Shown piece by piece: positions 27,030-39,900 of a stretch of 64,000 nt of DNA. Made by a program: the position numbers and the translations under genes. The DNA is from Lama guanicoe (lineage: Eukaryota). The number at the start of each line of letters is the position of its first letter. Position 1 is the stretch's first letter. Where the stretch lies: positions 999,063 to 1,063,062 of the forward strand of contig MU053557.1 of the NCBI GenBank assembly GCA_013239625.1, in the 5' to 3' direction. The notes below the pieces were generated by a model, which worked only from the letters and a program-made list of their open reading frames with translations, made no database searches and was not told the DNA's origin.

Positions 27030-27240
27030 ACAAATTGCATATTATATATACTTACTAACATACTCATATTTAATATATAATTATTCAAATAATACTATCT
27101 TTCCTGAATACACTTAGCATATATAATATATATACATGCATATATAATACAATATATGATGATATGTAATATAAAATATATAATACATAGGATAATATAT
27201 GTATTATTATATAATGTGTTATGTGTGTGTATATATTTAG
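27030..27240. repeat. AT-rich low-complexity (TA)n tract
   Basis: Degenerate TA/ATAT repeats visible directly. Confidence 0.85.
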
Positions 27241-28099
27241 ACAAACTAAATCTAAATCATTCTTTGTCTTTCAAAATGCCCAATTTTCGTAAATTTTTAT
27301 AAGCAGGAATAAGAAGCTTATTTAAGTCTGTTGTCAAAGTTAAGTTTATTTTTAACTTTTTTAAAAAATGGATTAAGTTTGTTTTTTATTGTTTCAGACT
27401 GAGAATGTACAGTGCAGTGGCTACATTTATATTAGTTACCATGGTTTCCAATACTTCAGAAATTGTCCAAGAAAGGAGTGGAATTTTTCTCACCATGCAA
27501 AGATGTTTTTCCTTAACTTGTTTGTGCCCACGTAATGTACCAGTTTGAATCGTCTGCTTCTCTCCTCCCCATCTGTGCTGTTTGCAAGGGGCGGGGAGAA
27601 AAGGAGAAGAAAAAAAAAAGGCAGGTAGAAGAGACACAGCCTTCATTACAGCAGCGATTAGCTCAAAATTACTCTTTCCTGTATTCTGAAGGCCTCTTGC
27701 ACAGTGTAGAGGTAGCAGCCAGAGTATGTTTGCTTTCCTCACATCACTCCAACATAAATCTGTGCCAGTTTTGGTGGAGAAGGTAGGGTGAAGACCACTC
27801 ATTCTCTAGAGATAGCACTGTCAAAAGGGATGTTTATGTGAACAGTTTTACTGATGTTGCTTCTGTTGCTTTTAGTGAATTTTTTCTGACCAGTTGAAAG
27901 GGTCTACTTTATGCAGGGATGACTGCCTTTGATTCTGCTCTAATTACTTATCTGTATTGTCTCAATTCACAAAATGCAATTTTTCCCTTGGAAAGTGTTG
28001 TTTACTCCACATTCTATGGCTTGTTTTCATTGTAGAAGCCATTGCCAACTAAGCTTGCTTTCTTTCAGCAGCCATGGTTGTGTCCTGGCATGACTCTTT

Positions 28100-28255
28100 T
28101 AATAATAGCTCTCACTTACTGAATACTTACTATCTGCTTGGAACTGTGGTCAGTGTGATAGTTGTTGGTCATCAGTATTTACTTCACCCTCCAAATAACC
28201 CTGTAAAATAGGTGTTGTTATTATTACCCCCATTTTATAGACAAGAAAACTGAGC
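28100..28255 (-). mobile_element. MIR SINE
   Basis: aataaccctgtaaaataggt...ccccattttatagacaagaaaactgag. Confidence 0.75.
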
Positions 28256-29004
28256 CAGAATCCAGTGCATGGACCTAGGACAGTAAAACAGATCTAACAT
28301 CAGGCGTTTGTTAACTTGTTCATTTGAGAAATTTACTGACAACTCACTGTGACCTAGGTAATTTTATGTATGCTGGGAGTACATTCCTGAACAAAATAGA
28401 CAGACTTCTTTGCCTCGAGAAGCTTCCATTCTACTGGTCTTTACACAATGCTGTGTTACTTCTTGTACATCTTGAAGCCAAGGGAATATTTTGTCAGAAA
28501 ATAGTGGAAATTTTCATTCTGTATGTTACGTTAACTCTTAGGTCAGTAAGCTGGCTGGTTTATTTCTGAAGAAGGAAGCTCTAATAGAAAAGTTTGGAGT
28601 GCCTGCTTGACCTGTCATTCTTTTTTGTAAGTTAAGTTCCAGCCACCTGCAAGAATAGTTCCAAGAAGTGTCTTTATGATGTTACATTACCCTCTCAACC
28701 ACACATGGCCATAACTAATGGGCATTTACCATGGCTAGGCAAATTAGATTTTTTCTAAATCTAGAAACTGAAATTAGAGATACTTTAAAGATCATTTGTT
28801 ATTTGAAGAGAAGAGGTTTAAACTGGCTTTTGACTGTCATTCTTGGCAGTGTGCACACAGGGATAGAGAAAGTTTGCCTTGAGAGTGAGAGAGAGAATAA
28901 GAAGAGAATGGTGGACAAGTGGACAATGAAGTAGATACAGAGAAAGAAGCAGGAGCACAAAATTGTGTTAGCCCAGACAGAAGGAAACCCAAAGGTCACT
29001 TACC

Positions 29005-30430
29005 TAATACAGCCCCTGAATTTCTATCTTAGTTTGTGCTCCTACACAACCTGCCTATGAGAGGTGGTCCTAGGAAGCAGCTGGCTGGGAGCAAGTTTTG
29101 GAGTTGGATCACCCACCACCGGTTAGCGATGAAGACACTGTCACCGATGGCAGGTGGAGTAGCAGCAACCCCTACATGAGGTTGCAGTGCACTTGCTAAG
29201 ACTTTGACTCACATTGAACTAGTACAGTACAAGGAGGAGGACACCAGCTCACGTGCAGGATCTAAGGCATTTGAAAGATGAAGGACAATACTAACTATAA
29301 TGACACTGTGCTGACGGCCACTGACGTCTAAAGAGGGAAAAACACAAGCCCAGGAGAATCAATACCCAGTTTCAAGGAAAGCATGAGGGTCAGGGAGCCT
29401 CCTTGGCAGCATAACAGCATTTGAAAAGACCTTTATCACTTGCAGCTGGAGGGCAGAAGAGCCGAGGACTATGCAGATAATGTAACTGGGAGAGAAACAG
29501 AACTTGGTAGAAAGATGAAAATCAGTTTAGGCAGGACTCCTCTGCCAACACAGGGCCCACAGAGAAGGAGTATGGTCTTGAGATGGGGATAAAGATATCT
29601 GGGAAGATGTCCTTGAACTTCTAGGTCCCTTTGATCCCTCTGTGCCTGCAGAAGTGTCTGACTTCCCCTTGTGGAAAATAGAACCCACTCCACCCACCAG
29701 CCCCTGCCTTTTGCTTGAGGCTATGGATAAATCGCAAATGAGACAAGTGCCTTATAAGCCATTGCTGGTCTTTAGGATCTGCCTTGTCCTCCTTCTCTCC
29801 TGGTAACCAGACCAGTAGTGAGGGGCAGATGACAAGTGTTGGACCTGCTAAGCTGTAGAAGGAATTATAGACCAAAGAGGCCACACGAGTTGGCTCTTAT
29901 ATACTAACTACAAGTACAGAGTAGGCCTACTTGGTCCAAATACGTTTCTGGGATAAGCCTTAGGAGCTTGGATACAGGGACATCCCGTATTAGGTGGCGC
30001 AGAGATGCAGAACTGCCATGGTGACAGTGGAGGAAGGCATCTGCCATGGCGACAGTGGAGGAAGGCATCAGGAGGCTGAGAGAATGGTGTGGTGGAATGA
30101 CTCTTCCATGCAAGGACAGAAAACCCACCAACCCACGATATCCTGGAAAGAGCCCCGAGCATGTTCCATTTACCAAAGTGATGAGGAACACACTGGGGAG
30201 GTTGGGGCCTGCATCGCAGAGTCCTTCAGAAGCTCGGTGGGGTTGTCAGTATAGGCTGAGATAGACAGTACAAGGTGCTGGTACAGAACTGAGATTTCCT
30301 GTGCCAGTGGAGATAATAGGATTCTAGATGATCAGAGGCCAGAGGGCAACGCTTAGTCATCAGGAGCAAGAGGGGCTTAGTTATTCTATAGGGCAGCAAG
30401 GTTGGAATGGCGCATAAAGGGCCTGAACTG
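29005..30430 (+). mobile_element. ERVL internal region (ERV3-16A3-like) with LTR16-like 3' stub and decayed gag
   Basis: Leader ggtggtcctaggaagcag...ggatcacccacc; gag motif EM.ELPW.TVEEGIRRLRE...PEHVPFTKVMRN in the ORF at 30046-30264. Confidence 0.8.
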
Positions 30431-30952
30431 TGGGAATTGATGAGGTCTCTAGTAAAGCCCTCCTTTCATAAATCACGACCTTCCAAATCTTTACTTGAAG
30501 CTTACACCTAAGGGATCCAACATGAGACACTCTCTTCTCCTGGCCCCAGCCACAGAGCTCTCCTGTCTAGGCCTTAATAGTTCTGAAAGGGTAGGAGAGA
30601 AACCTTCTCATTCCAAAGTTTATATCTGGGCCTCCTAGGAAGGTGCCAGGCAGGGAAGTTAGCACTTGGTATGTATGTATCCTGGCATCACAGAGCCAAA
30701 GTAGACTTCATTTCTCAGCCCAGAATGATGGCCCTGGAAATGTAGTTTAAGCAGGTTGATGTGGGAGTGGGGAGAGCTGTCCTGTGGTTGCCAGATGGTG
30801 TGAATGGACCCAGATGAGGTATGTGGGCTCTGCTGGGTGGATGAGGCTGAGACTGGGTGAGTCAGATAGCAAGAGAGGGTCCAGTGTGGTCACAAAAATA
30901 GGCCTCAGTAAAATAAGTGTGTACCTTCCTAAAGGACCAAGTGGTTTTGCCG

Positions 30953-31037
30953 TTTTTTTTAATGGAGGTACTGGGGAATTGAACCGAGGACCTTGTGCAT
31001 GCTGCATGTGCTCTTCCACTGAGCTATTACCCTCCCC
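30953..31037 (-). mobile_element. Camelid tRNA-derived SINE (Vic-1-like), short form
   Basis: aatggaggtactggggaattgaaccgaggaccttgtgcatg...ccactgagctattaccctcccc. Confidence 0.8.
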
Positions 31038-31084
31038 GCTTCCTGGTACTTTTTGGTCTGTTTTATCATTGGATACTGTAGTAG

Positions 31085-31510
31085 GTTGAGTTATTTTTGG
31101 TTATGCATGAGAGAAATAAATCTTGAATTAAGTTCAGCCCAAGAAGGAAATTTGTTAACTCTCAGTATTTGAGGAAGGGTTGAATAAACACACAACAAAA
31201 AAGGCGGATAGGCAACTGAACTACAAGAACAAATGGATCCAGGAACTCAGCGCTGCCAAGTCTTTCCCCCTGACTCTCAACAGTGCTTTTTTCTAGAGTC
31301 AGTTTCATTCTCTCTCATTGTCTCCTCAAGGAGCAAAAGAATGCGATCAGTAGCTTCTGAGTTCTGTATTGGAAGACATACAGTCTCCAGAAAGAGGAGT
31401 CTGACTCTCTGGTTCCAAGTGCAGACATCATAGGAAATGGAGCTGGTTGTTTTGACTTGAGTGAGCTGCTGGCCGGCAGATGAATCAACTGTAACCAGAA
31501 GGGCATGGGC
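31085..31510 (-). mobile_element. MaLR LTR (MLT1I/J/K-like)
   Basis: ggaaatttgttaactc...ggatccaggaactca...gaatcaactgtaaccagaagggcatgg. Confidence 0.6.
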
Positions 31511-31684
31511 CTGTTCAGACGTGACACTTCCTGGGGAGAAGGGTGGATGCCGGGTCCTCATGTCCATGGCTTGCATTGTAAAGCCTCGGCAGTCCTGAGT
31601 TGGGGCCAGAGTGACGGCGCAGAGCTGTTCACTTCTGGAGGCGCTGGCACTGAACCAAGAATCCAGAGGCTGGGACTCTATGGG

Positions 31685-31840
31685 AGCATTTGGTGTGCAG
31701 GAAAGAGCTCTAAACTTAGAATCAAAAGGAACAAGAGCTCGAGTAGTAGCTCCCCCATTAACCTTGTGAACAGGACTGTATCACTTACCCTCTTAGAGCC
31801 CTTGTTTCTTCACTGTAAAATGGGAGGAATCACTGTCCTG
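31685..31840 (+). mobile_element. MIR SINE
   Basis: tcacttaccctcttagagcc...tttcttcactgtaaaatggga. Confidence 0.7.
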
Positions 31841-32971
31841 TTGCAGTCATGTTTTATGCATGTGTGTTTATTACTACAAAGTAATCTCAGCATAGAACTT
31901 AGCATTATATGCTTAATATGTATTTTCTGAATTGTAATATAATAGCCCACCATCCATTTTTAAACCCACTATACATTGATTCAGAAAACAAGTATTGTGT
32001 TTGGAAACAACCCCCCCCCACACACACACAAAGGTTTGCATTATTATTCTTTCCCTGGCAGGACCATGTTAGAAATTGTTCATTTATCTGATTTGCATCT
32101 TGGCACTAAGGTCGTTATGACTATGGAGAACTCTGCTGAGTTTACATATGCTAGCAAATGCAGCAGGTACGGCACATGCAGTAGAGACCACAATTATCCA
32201 GTGCTTTCACGTCTGAAAACGTATTCCAGGCCAGTATTTTTGGAGCTTGTATGATTTAGACGCGTTTCAACTCTGTTTCGCTCAGCATATATAGATACAA
32301 GCTTTCTAAGGATTTCTGAAATAACTATTTTCCTTTCCTTTATCTTTGCTGTTTTTCTGGGTCTGTTGGACAGACTTTCTTAGAAGAGAGGAGAAAGGAA
32401 ACACATGTTAATTCTGTTCGCCTGGAGAAGGTTCTGGAAACCTGTCTCTTGAGGCACACCTGCTCACGTCTAGCTCTGGCTTGGAGCCACGCTTTCCCCA
32501 GACTGCTTCATTTCTGGGGAGATCGCCATGGTTTTTCAGTTCCACCTGGAGTGAGGCCTGAAAGGATCATTTTAGTTTCTGAGGTTGGTTTCAGGAGGCT
32601 CATCTGGCTCCTTTCATGGGGAGGGCCTGTACAAGGCAGGGCCTCAATAGACGGGATCCCCGGGACAGGGAGTTCTATTCAGGCCTGGGGGCAGACTAAG
32701 AGTGAGAACTATCCTATGAGAAAAGACAAGCCATTCAGGATTTGCCTGTTTGCAACCGTGCCCCTCCTTGTTGACAAAGCTGTGGCAGTGTTTGTGTTGA
32801 ATGCTTAGAGCACAGGTAGGCTTTTTCCAACAATAGTTGTAAAGGAGCCAAAACACAATCCTCTAGTTATTTCAAATGCTAGCTTTCTTCTTCCTCTTTT
32901 GCTCTATCCCCAGTGGGAGCTGAAAGCAACACTTTCCTTTGTATGAACCTTGGAGCTGGAACGTTCCAAAG

Positions 32972-33420
32972 GATCTTAGCCTGAGTGTTGAGAGAGCAGA
33001 GCCTGAGTGAAGGCTTTTGCGGTACCATTTTAGGAAGAGCCAATTGAAGGAGAATGGGTGTGAGGCAGGGAGGGAGTGAGAGACTCTGAGCCAGTATAAC
33101 CTGCTACCACATTAGCAACCACGGGAAGGGAAGGGGGCTCAGCTCCATCTTGGAGGGCTGCCTTCAGAGAAGTTGACAGACTGCTTCTCGTGTCAGTTCG
33201 TGCAAGGGAAGAAAGAGGTCATTGGTCTGCTCACCCCAGCCTCCCATTGGTCCAAGGTTCTCCCCGTGGGGCACCGGGTTCCTCATGACTCCCAGGAGCA
33301 TCTGTCACCTCAGCATCCAAAGGAAAGACCTGTGGAAAGAAGTGAGCAGTGCACAGAGCACACCAGAGGTGTGATGCAGTGGGGCTGTGTCGGTGGGAAG
33401 TTAGATCCGGATAGAGACAC
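32972..33420 (-). mobile_element. ERVL LTR (LTR33-like)
   Basis: tcttagcctgag...agcagagcctgagtgaaggcttttg; ctcccattggtccaagg. Confidence 0.55.
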
Positions 33421-34286
33421 CTAGTAACACCAGAGTTTCAGCTGTGGGGAGGAGAAGAAGGAATCTGTATTTTGTCTATGTTCTTAGGTTATCCTGTTGC
33501 AGCCGATCCACAAGCTGACATTCAGAAATCACTTTTATAGACTGTAACTACCTCCTACCACAAATGATGACATTCTTATCAGTTGTAATAATAGAATTTG
33601 TGAGCTTTTAGGGAGCATTTTTTTTTATGATCTCCTTAAGACAAAATCATATACACTCACACAGGGGTGTGTGTGTGTGTGTTTGTATGTGTGTTGAGGG
33701 CTTAGACACAGGGTACAAGGGAAATAGTTGGGATACCATAAGCTACATGGGTTTAATTAGCTTGAGGAGTGAATAGAAAGAAGAACTGATGAGTCTAACC
33801 CAAATCTTCCCAACTCTCTTGTGTATTTTTAGGAACTACAAAATTTAAAGTGTCTTAACGTGGGCTCGGTTCTCAGTTATCCTTTGTCTGCCTTGTGAAT
33901 CATGAGTGCCAGTTTGTCTCCATGGCCAACACGCCAGGCTGGCTGGCTTGCCTCCCCCACTGTGGAAAGCATGTGTTCAACCAGGAAACAGTCACTCAGT
34001 TTTAACATGGGCCTCAGCAAAAAACCTATTTACGAAGGCAAATCCAGTGCTTCTGCAAAATTAAGCCCTGACTTGAACGTCTTCCAAAACCAAGCTGAAA
34101 TGGCTTTTGGATTATTCATGGTAGTGGATTACTCACACCACTGCTCTCCTATTAACAAACAGTTATTCAGAGTTCACCATCCAGACGGTCTCAAATCTGT
34201 GCAGCGTTCTCTTGAAGTTCAGTTGCATGTAACTCAGAACATGTTACCAAGTAAGCCGTGTGAGGAATTGTGCTGCAACCCCTAGA

Positions 34287-34350
34287 TCAATACCGCTCAG
34301 ACTGTGGTCCCTGACCCGCAGCATCAGTATCAGTTGGAAACTTTTTAGAA
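34287..34350. mobile_element. MER5A fragment (hAT-Charlie)
   Basis: ctcagactgtggtccctgacccgcagcatcagtatcagttggaaactttttagaa. Confidence 0.65.
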
Positions 34351-34509
34351 GTTGAAGAAGATCATTAACTTTTTGTATGATTAGGTATGCATACGGAAAA
34401 AAAATTGTGAAGCACAAAATGAACTACCTTACGAGGAGGTATGTCTCCAACTAATAGAAATATTTAAGTAGAGACTGGATAAGTTGTCAGAGATTTTTAG
34501 AAGAGATTT

Positions 34510-34718
34510 TTTTTTCTTTCTTATATAGATTGATGTATAGTCAGTGTACACTGTTGTCTATTTCTTGTGTACAGCAGAATCCTTCAATCATACATGAACA
34601 TACATACATTGGTTTTCATATTTCTCACCATAAATTACTATAAGATATTAAATATAGTTCCTGTGCTATACAGTATAAACTTGTTGTTTATCAATTCTAT
34701 ATATAGTAGTTAGTATCT
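34510..34718 (-). mobile_element. Young camelid-type L1 3' end
   Basis: ttgatgtatagtcagtgtaca...aatatagttcctgtgctatacagta; same family as the copy at 20930. Confidence 0.8.
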
Positions 34719-35392
34719 GATGAAAAGGTTGCCAGTGTTGCTTCAGGCACTAACGTTCCTTGACCCTATTAGCAGGAAGTCAGTGATCAGAGTATCTTAT
34801 CTCTGTCTTTTAGTTTGGATCTCACAGATGGGTCATGCAGCCACACTAGTACTCATTACTTGCAGGTCATTGTGAATCTTTTCCTGAGTTTTGCTGCAAT
34901 ATCCATGCGCACTCCAAAATAATTATTTAGGAAGCCATTTTCCAAATTGATCTTATCTGTCATCAGAATTTCTGAGGTTTCTAAAGACTTCAAAAAATAA
35001 TGAAAACCAGTCAAATGGGCCTGTGCTAAGGATGAGATAAAAATGTTTGCAGCATGATTTAGCTGATCCATGTTTTCATTTTCATCATAGAAAGGCAATT
35101 ATTACTAACGTGACTCATATTTCAGGGTAAACTGTTACGGTCCTAAATAACGATAGGGAAGTAATCTCTGTATAGTGCTTTGGAGGGTATAGACTATCTC
35201 CACATGTACGAGTAGCATTAGAGGGACCTTATAGGGACCCTGTGAGCATTTATGATGATTACTACTCTTTATGCAAGAAGAACCTGGTGTTGGAGGGCTC
35301 AGTTGTTTATCTAGGGTTACTTTGCTGATTAGTGATGCAGAAGGAAGTGGAGTCCAGGCCACTGACTTTATAAAAGTCCATCTTCTGCTGTA

Positions 35393-36720
35393 TGAGCGGT
35401 TCTGAAATGTTTTTGCCTTGGGATCTCAATTATTGAGGACGCCAAAGATCTTTTGTTCATGGGGTTTATATCTATGATTTACCATATTAGAATTTAAAAC
35501 AGAACATTAAAAAATACTATTTACTACATCACTTAAAATAACATTAACAAACCAATTACATGGTAATATCAATATATATTTTTACTTAAAACTCACGTTT
35601 TTCAAAACAAAATTAGAACAGTTACATTTTTAACCATTTCAAAATACATCTTTAATTTTTGGGTTAATAGAAGACAACTGGATTCTTATATTTTCTTTTG
35701 CATTTCATTTGTTGCAAGATGATGTTTTGGTTGAGGAGTCTGAAAAAAAATTTGACCACCCAGAGATACGTAATTGAAAAAGAAGGCATATTTTAATAAC
35801 ATTTGCAGATAATTGTGAATATTTTTCTTAGAAACTTTACCAAAACTCAACAAGTGATAGTTTCTTAAAGATCAGATGTGATATGGAATCTGAACACTTT
35901 TTGGTAAAATTTTGTACTCTCTTATGTTATGATACAGTGGTCTGCCTGCATTCTTAATGAATATTTTAGCAATTTGTGATTTTATGAAATCATGCTCTGG
36001 TTCCTTGGAAGATACTGATTCACTGAGTTATGAAGATTTTTCAAAAATTGTCACATTTTATTATATAGTATCAAAAAATCACATCTGTTAATGGCACCAT
36101 CAATGTTATCAGAATAGTTCTTACGTATTGGAAAGCTGTCAAGCTTATGGTTTTCAAAACTCTCATTTTTTCCATTCAAATCTTATCTTCAACAAATATC
36201 AGTTTTCCTTACAGTGACAGGCTCACTTTATTTTTCTCAAGAAATTCTCAAGACATTTTTATGTCAGGTTTCCAAGTCTGAACAACCAGAGTTTACATTT
36301 CATGGGGAAAAAAAAAATTGAACAGTTCAACTTTCAGTCAAATGCTCACACACGTGTTTTTTCACTAAGACAATCATCCTGTGTGGGTATGCGGCAGTGA
36401 AGCCCCATACATACTTCCCATTTTGTCATTTAATAGCATATAATATTGACATGTGTATTCAAGATTAAAATATAAAAGCTTAATAATTTATACTGCTTCT
36501 GCTGCTTCAATAAGGATATTCTTTGAAAATTGGCTTTTTTGTTGTTGTTTTTTCTTGTGTGCATCAGCAGTTTTCTCACCGTTGCTTTTGCACCTTCGGT
36601 ACAAATGTCAATCCAGTGAAAAAGGCAAACAACGTCTTAGTATTACCACGAACACAGTTTTGAGCTCATGGGTGCCCCAGGAGGGTCTTGGGGGCTTTGG
36701 TGTTCGTGGAAGAATTGTTG
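35393..36720 (-). mobile_element. Charlie1-family hAT DNA transposon (~1.3 kb, Charlie1a-like)
   Basis: The left end aattattgaggacgccaaagatcttttgtt and the right end gtgaaaaaggcaaacaacgtcttagtatta...cagttttgag match the two Charlie1 termini. Confidence 0.8.
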
Positions 36721-36899
36721 CCCTAAGTCGAGCTCTTTTTCCTTATAGTAGCTGAACTTTGAAGTTGGTGTTCCACTCCATTTTAGAGTGAACACTTCTG
36801 ATGCCGAGCTCCTTAATGTTGCTGACACCGACATTCTTGCTTCTGTGCTTCTCATGGCCCAGTTTTGAACCGTACTCCTCCTCGCGCACTACACTGTAG

Positions 36900-37265
36900 T
36901 CCCGCTTAAACTTTCCGTTCTGTTAACTCACTTTGTTCTCCCTAGCTTCTGAACTTCACAAACATGGGTACTTCTGCTGGGAATACCACTTCCTTCTAAA
37001 CTGTGAGGCTAGTTCATCCTCACGTATGAGCTTAAATACCATTTTCTCAAGGACAGGCTCACTGACAACTACATTCAAACATCATTCTAAACAGGGAGTA
37101 GACTAGGTATTAGGGATGTATTTGCGAATATTGAGTATCCATTGTTATTACCTGTTCAACATCTGTCTTCCTCATTAATTAAGCCCGTGTCTACATTACT
37201 TTCATATCCTCACCCCCCAGTATGGTGCCTTTTACATGGGAGGCACTGAATAAGTATTTATTGTG
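36900..37265 (+). mobile_element. L2 3' fragment
   Basis: Ends with atgggaggcactgaataagtatttattg. Confidence 0.55.
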
Positions 37266-37667
37266 TATTGTATATATTTCACAATCCGCAGCACAGGTGA
37301 GAAAAAAATTTTAACTATTTCTTGGTAACTCAATTTAATCTCTGTGTCATGTCTCCCTTTTACCTGTCAGCAGGAAAAAATAATTCTGATGAATTCTGGG
37401 TAACTCCATTATTTTTATATTTATGAATATAGTCAGTCAGAGTCAGTCTCTTTCTGTCCTCCCCTGGTGTAGATTTTATCATCTAAGTTTTATTCAGGAT
37501 GATGCACTAGACGGAGATGGGTGATCCACTGGCTCCATCTATCCTGGGGCCCACCAGTACTTGCAGTAATATTGCTGTGGGCTCTGATAGTCAGCCTCCA
37601 CCCATTTTGCAATCTGCAGATGACATGGGCGCACTTCTGATACACAACCTGCTAGAAATGGCTGCAA

Positions 37668-38463
37668 TACCCAGTCTGTGCTCATTGTTCATAGATTCCA
37701 TGTTTGTGAATTTGCCTACTTATTATAATTTTTTTGCAGTCCTAACATCAATTCACTTATTTTGGCATCTGCAGCTGAGAAGGGTGCCCTCCTACAGGAA
37801 ACCTACTGGTTGCAATGAACAACCAATTATTTGCAGGTTCCTTATTTGTAAATTTTCCCATTTGCTATAATTTATTTATAATCTAAAATCAATAGTCATG
37901 ATGGTGCTTTCACAGTCACACACGGACGTATTAAGTGCAGCAAAAAATTTGAGTTGCTTGACATGCACGTTCCCAGTTGAGATTGATCGTGGCAGTGTTC
38001 TGCCTTCTGGTTTCCTTCACATACTGTAAGTGTCCTGTTTAAGTTTCTTTACTTCTATGTTCTTCACATTTTTGAGCTTTTTGCTGATGATCTTGCTGTT
38101 TAAAATGGACCCCAAGCATACTGCTGTCTAGTGTTCCTAGGTACAAGAAACCTGTAATGTGCCTTATGGAGGAAACACGTGTTTTAGAGAAGCTTTTGTT
38201 GGATTAAGACATGCGTTATAGAGCTCTTGGCTATGAGTTCAAGGTTAACAAGTAACATTACAGATGAAGTAAGATGTCCTTAAACAGAAACACACACAAA
38301 AAACAAGGCTATGTGTTTATCAGTTGATAAAAAATGTTGAGACCAGAGCCTCACAGAAACCTAACCCTGAATTTCTTCTAGGAGTAGTCATTTAATATTT
38401 GTAAATTCTGTATAAAGTAGTCACAAATACAACTGAACTACCATGAATAATGGAAATTGAATA
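37668..38463 (+). mobile_element. MER82-like TcMar-Tigger element with doubled left end
   Basis: aaaaatttgagttgcttgacatgcacgttcccag...ctgtctagtgttcctaggtacaagaa...aaacagaaacacac...aactaccatgaataatg. Confidence 0.8.
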
Positions 38464-38611
38464 TACCATTTTCCTATGACTTTCTCTAGTCATTGAGTGG
38501 ACAGCCATGACTCTGAATTCTGGTTCTAGCTCCACCACATAGACCAGGAAAATTTTCAAAGAAACTTCCCTGAGTACAGAACAGAACTTGGATCAGTCCT
38601 TTATCCTACTC

Positions 38612-39087
38612 TGTTGTGGGTTGAATTGTGTCCCTCGAAACAATGTGCTGAAATCCTAACCTTGGTACCTGTGAATATGACTATATTTGGAAATAGGGTC
38701 TTTTCGGATATAAGGTGAGGTCATACTGGATTAGGGTGGGCCCTAAACCCAGTATGTGTTGCCCTTCTATGGAGAGAGAGATTCGGAGGTGGAAAGACAG
38801 AGAGGAGACACACAGAAAAAGAGTCCATGTAAAGATGGGGGCAGAGATTGAACTTGGGGCAAGTACGATGCCCCAAGCCAAATAACACCAAGGACTGCTG
38901 GGAACTACCAGAAGCTTGGGTAGAGGCATGAAAGACATTCTCCCGAGAGCCCCTCAGAGAAACCAACCCTGTCGAAACCTTCATTTTTTTGGATCTGGCT
39001 TCCAGGCCTATGAACGAATACATTTCTATCATTTTAAGCCCCCCAGTTTGTGGTGCATTGTTACAGCAGTCCTAGGAACCTGACACA
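38612..39087 (+). mobile_element. MaLR solo LTR (MLT1B/C-like), near full length
   Basis: tgttgtgggttgaattgtgtccc...tatttggaaatagggtc...ttttaagccccccagtttgtgg...gttacagcagtcctaggaacctgacaca. Confidence 0.9.
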
Positions 39088-39419
39088 CACCTTCAGCACT
39101 TTGAGGGGGTGTCCTTGATGAGATCCAGCAGAAAAGAACCCCAGACAGACCTATGAGAAAATGAATATTTCATCAGCTTCACTGTGGTAGCTCAGAACTG
39201 GTCCTCCCCTAATTAACTGGAAATTCTAGCTCCCAGTTTTCAGGGAGCGGGAGTCAAGGAGAGAAGTGGGACACCAGAGACCTGGCTCGTGGGAAAGTTT
39301 CTGTGCGTGGCACTTCACACTCAGATCAAATGCTGTTTGAAAGAGGAATGATAAATATTAATGTAGCACCTGCTTCAATTACTGTCAACTGGCAGGAGCT
39401 GGCAGAGTGCAGTGCACAC

Positions 39420-39900
39420 AGTGAGACCCTGCGAAAACCGTGCCTGCTACTCTTGCAGGCTTACTCCTGAGCCAGACCTGGTGGCCTTGCTGATCGGCCC
39501 GCCGAGGTGGCCTGGTGGCAGCCAGAGGACTGGCCGCCAGGGCTCAGGCAGCGCAGGGGTTCCATCCGCTGCCTCATAGGTTGGCTGGTGGAAAGGGTGC
39601 TGCCGAGCAGATTTCTCCTTTGCGTCCTGGTTCCTAGAGGCTGGCTGGTGGAAGGTTAGCTGGGTAGCTGTTCCCTCTGGAGGTGGAGCAGCTGTGCTTC
39701 CTTCGCAGTTTCCCAGAGGTGGAATTTGACTCATTTGGTTCTGCTGTCCGCTGCTGCAGGGCCCACATACCTCCGTGAAGCTGGCAGGAACATGTGAGGG
39801 TATGGACCTTCCCCAGGCATTGAGTCATTTACAGGGAGCCAGAGCCTGAGAATCCTGCATGGGAATGAACAGGAATCAAGCAGGCTGCAGTCAGTGCCTG
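39420..39900. promoter_or_regulatory. Candidate enhancer (GC/CpG-enriched unique sequence)
   Basis: Locally GC-rich with retained CpGs; AP-1 TGACTCA at 39727 and TGAGTCA at 39821; E-box CAGCTG at 39689; TEAD-like GGAATG at 39862. Confidence 0.35.

Noticed and set aside
29904..30264. Overlapping gag-like ORFs as a domesticated gag gene
   Set aside because: Short, with multiple stops and frameshifts, including the 28-bp duplication.
35393..36720. Intact transposase in Charlie1
   Set aside because: Internally deleted non-autonomous copy with no long ORF.
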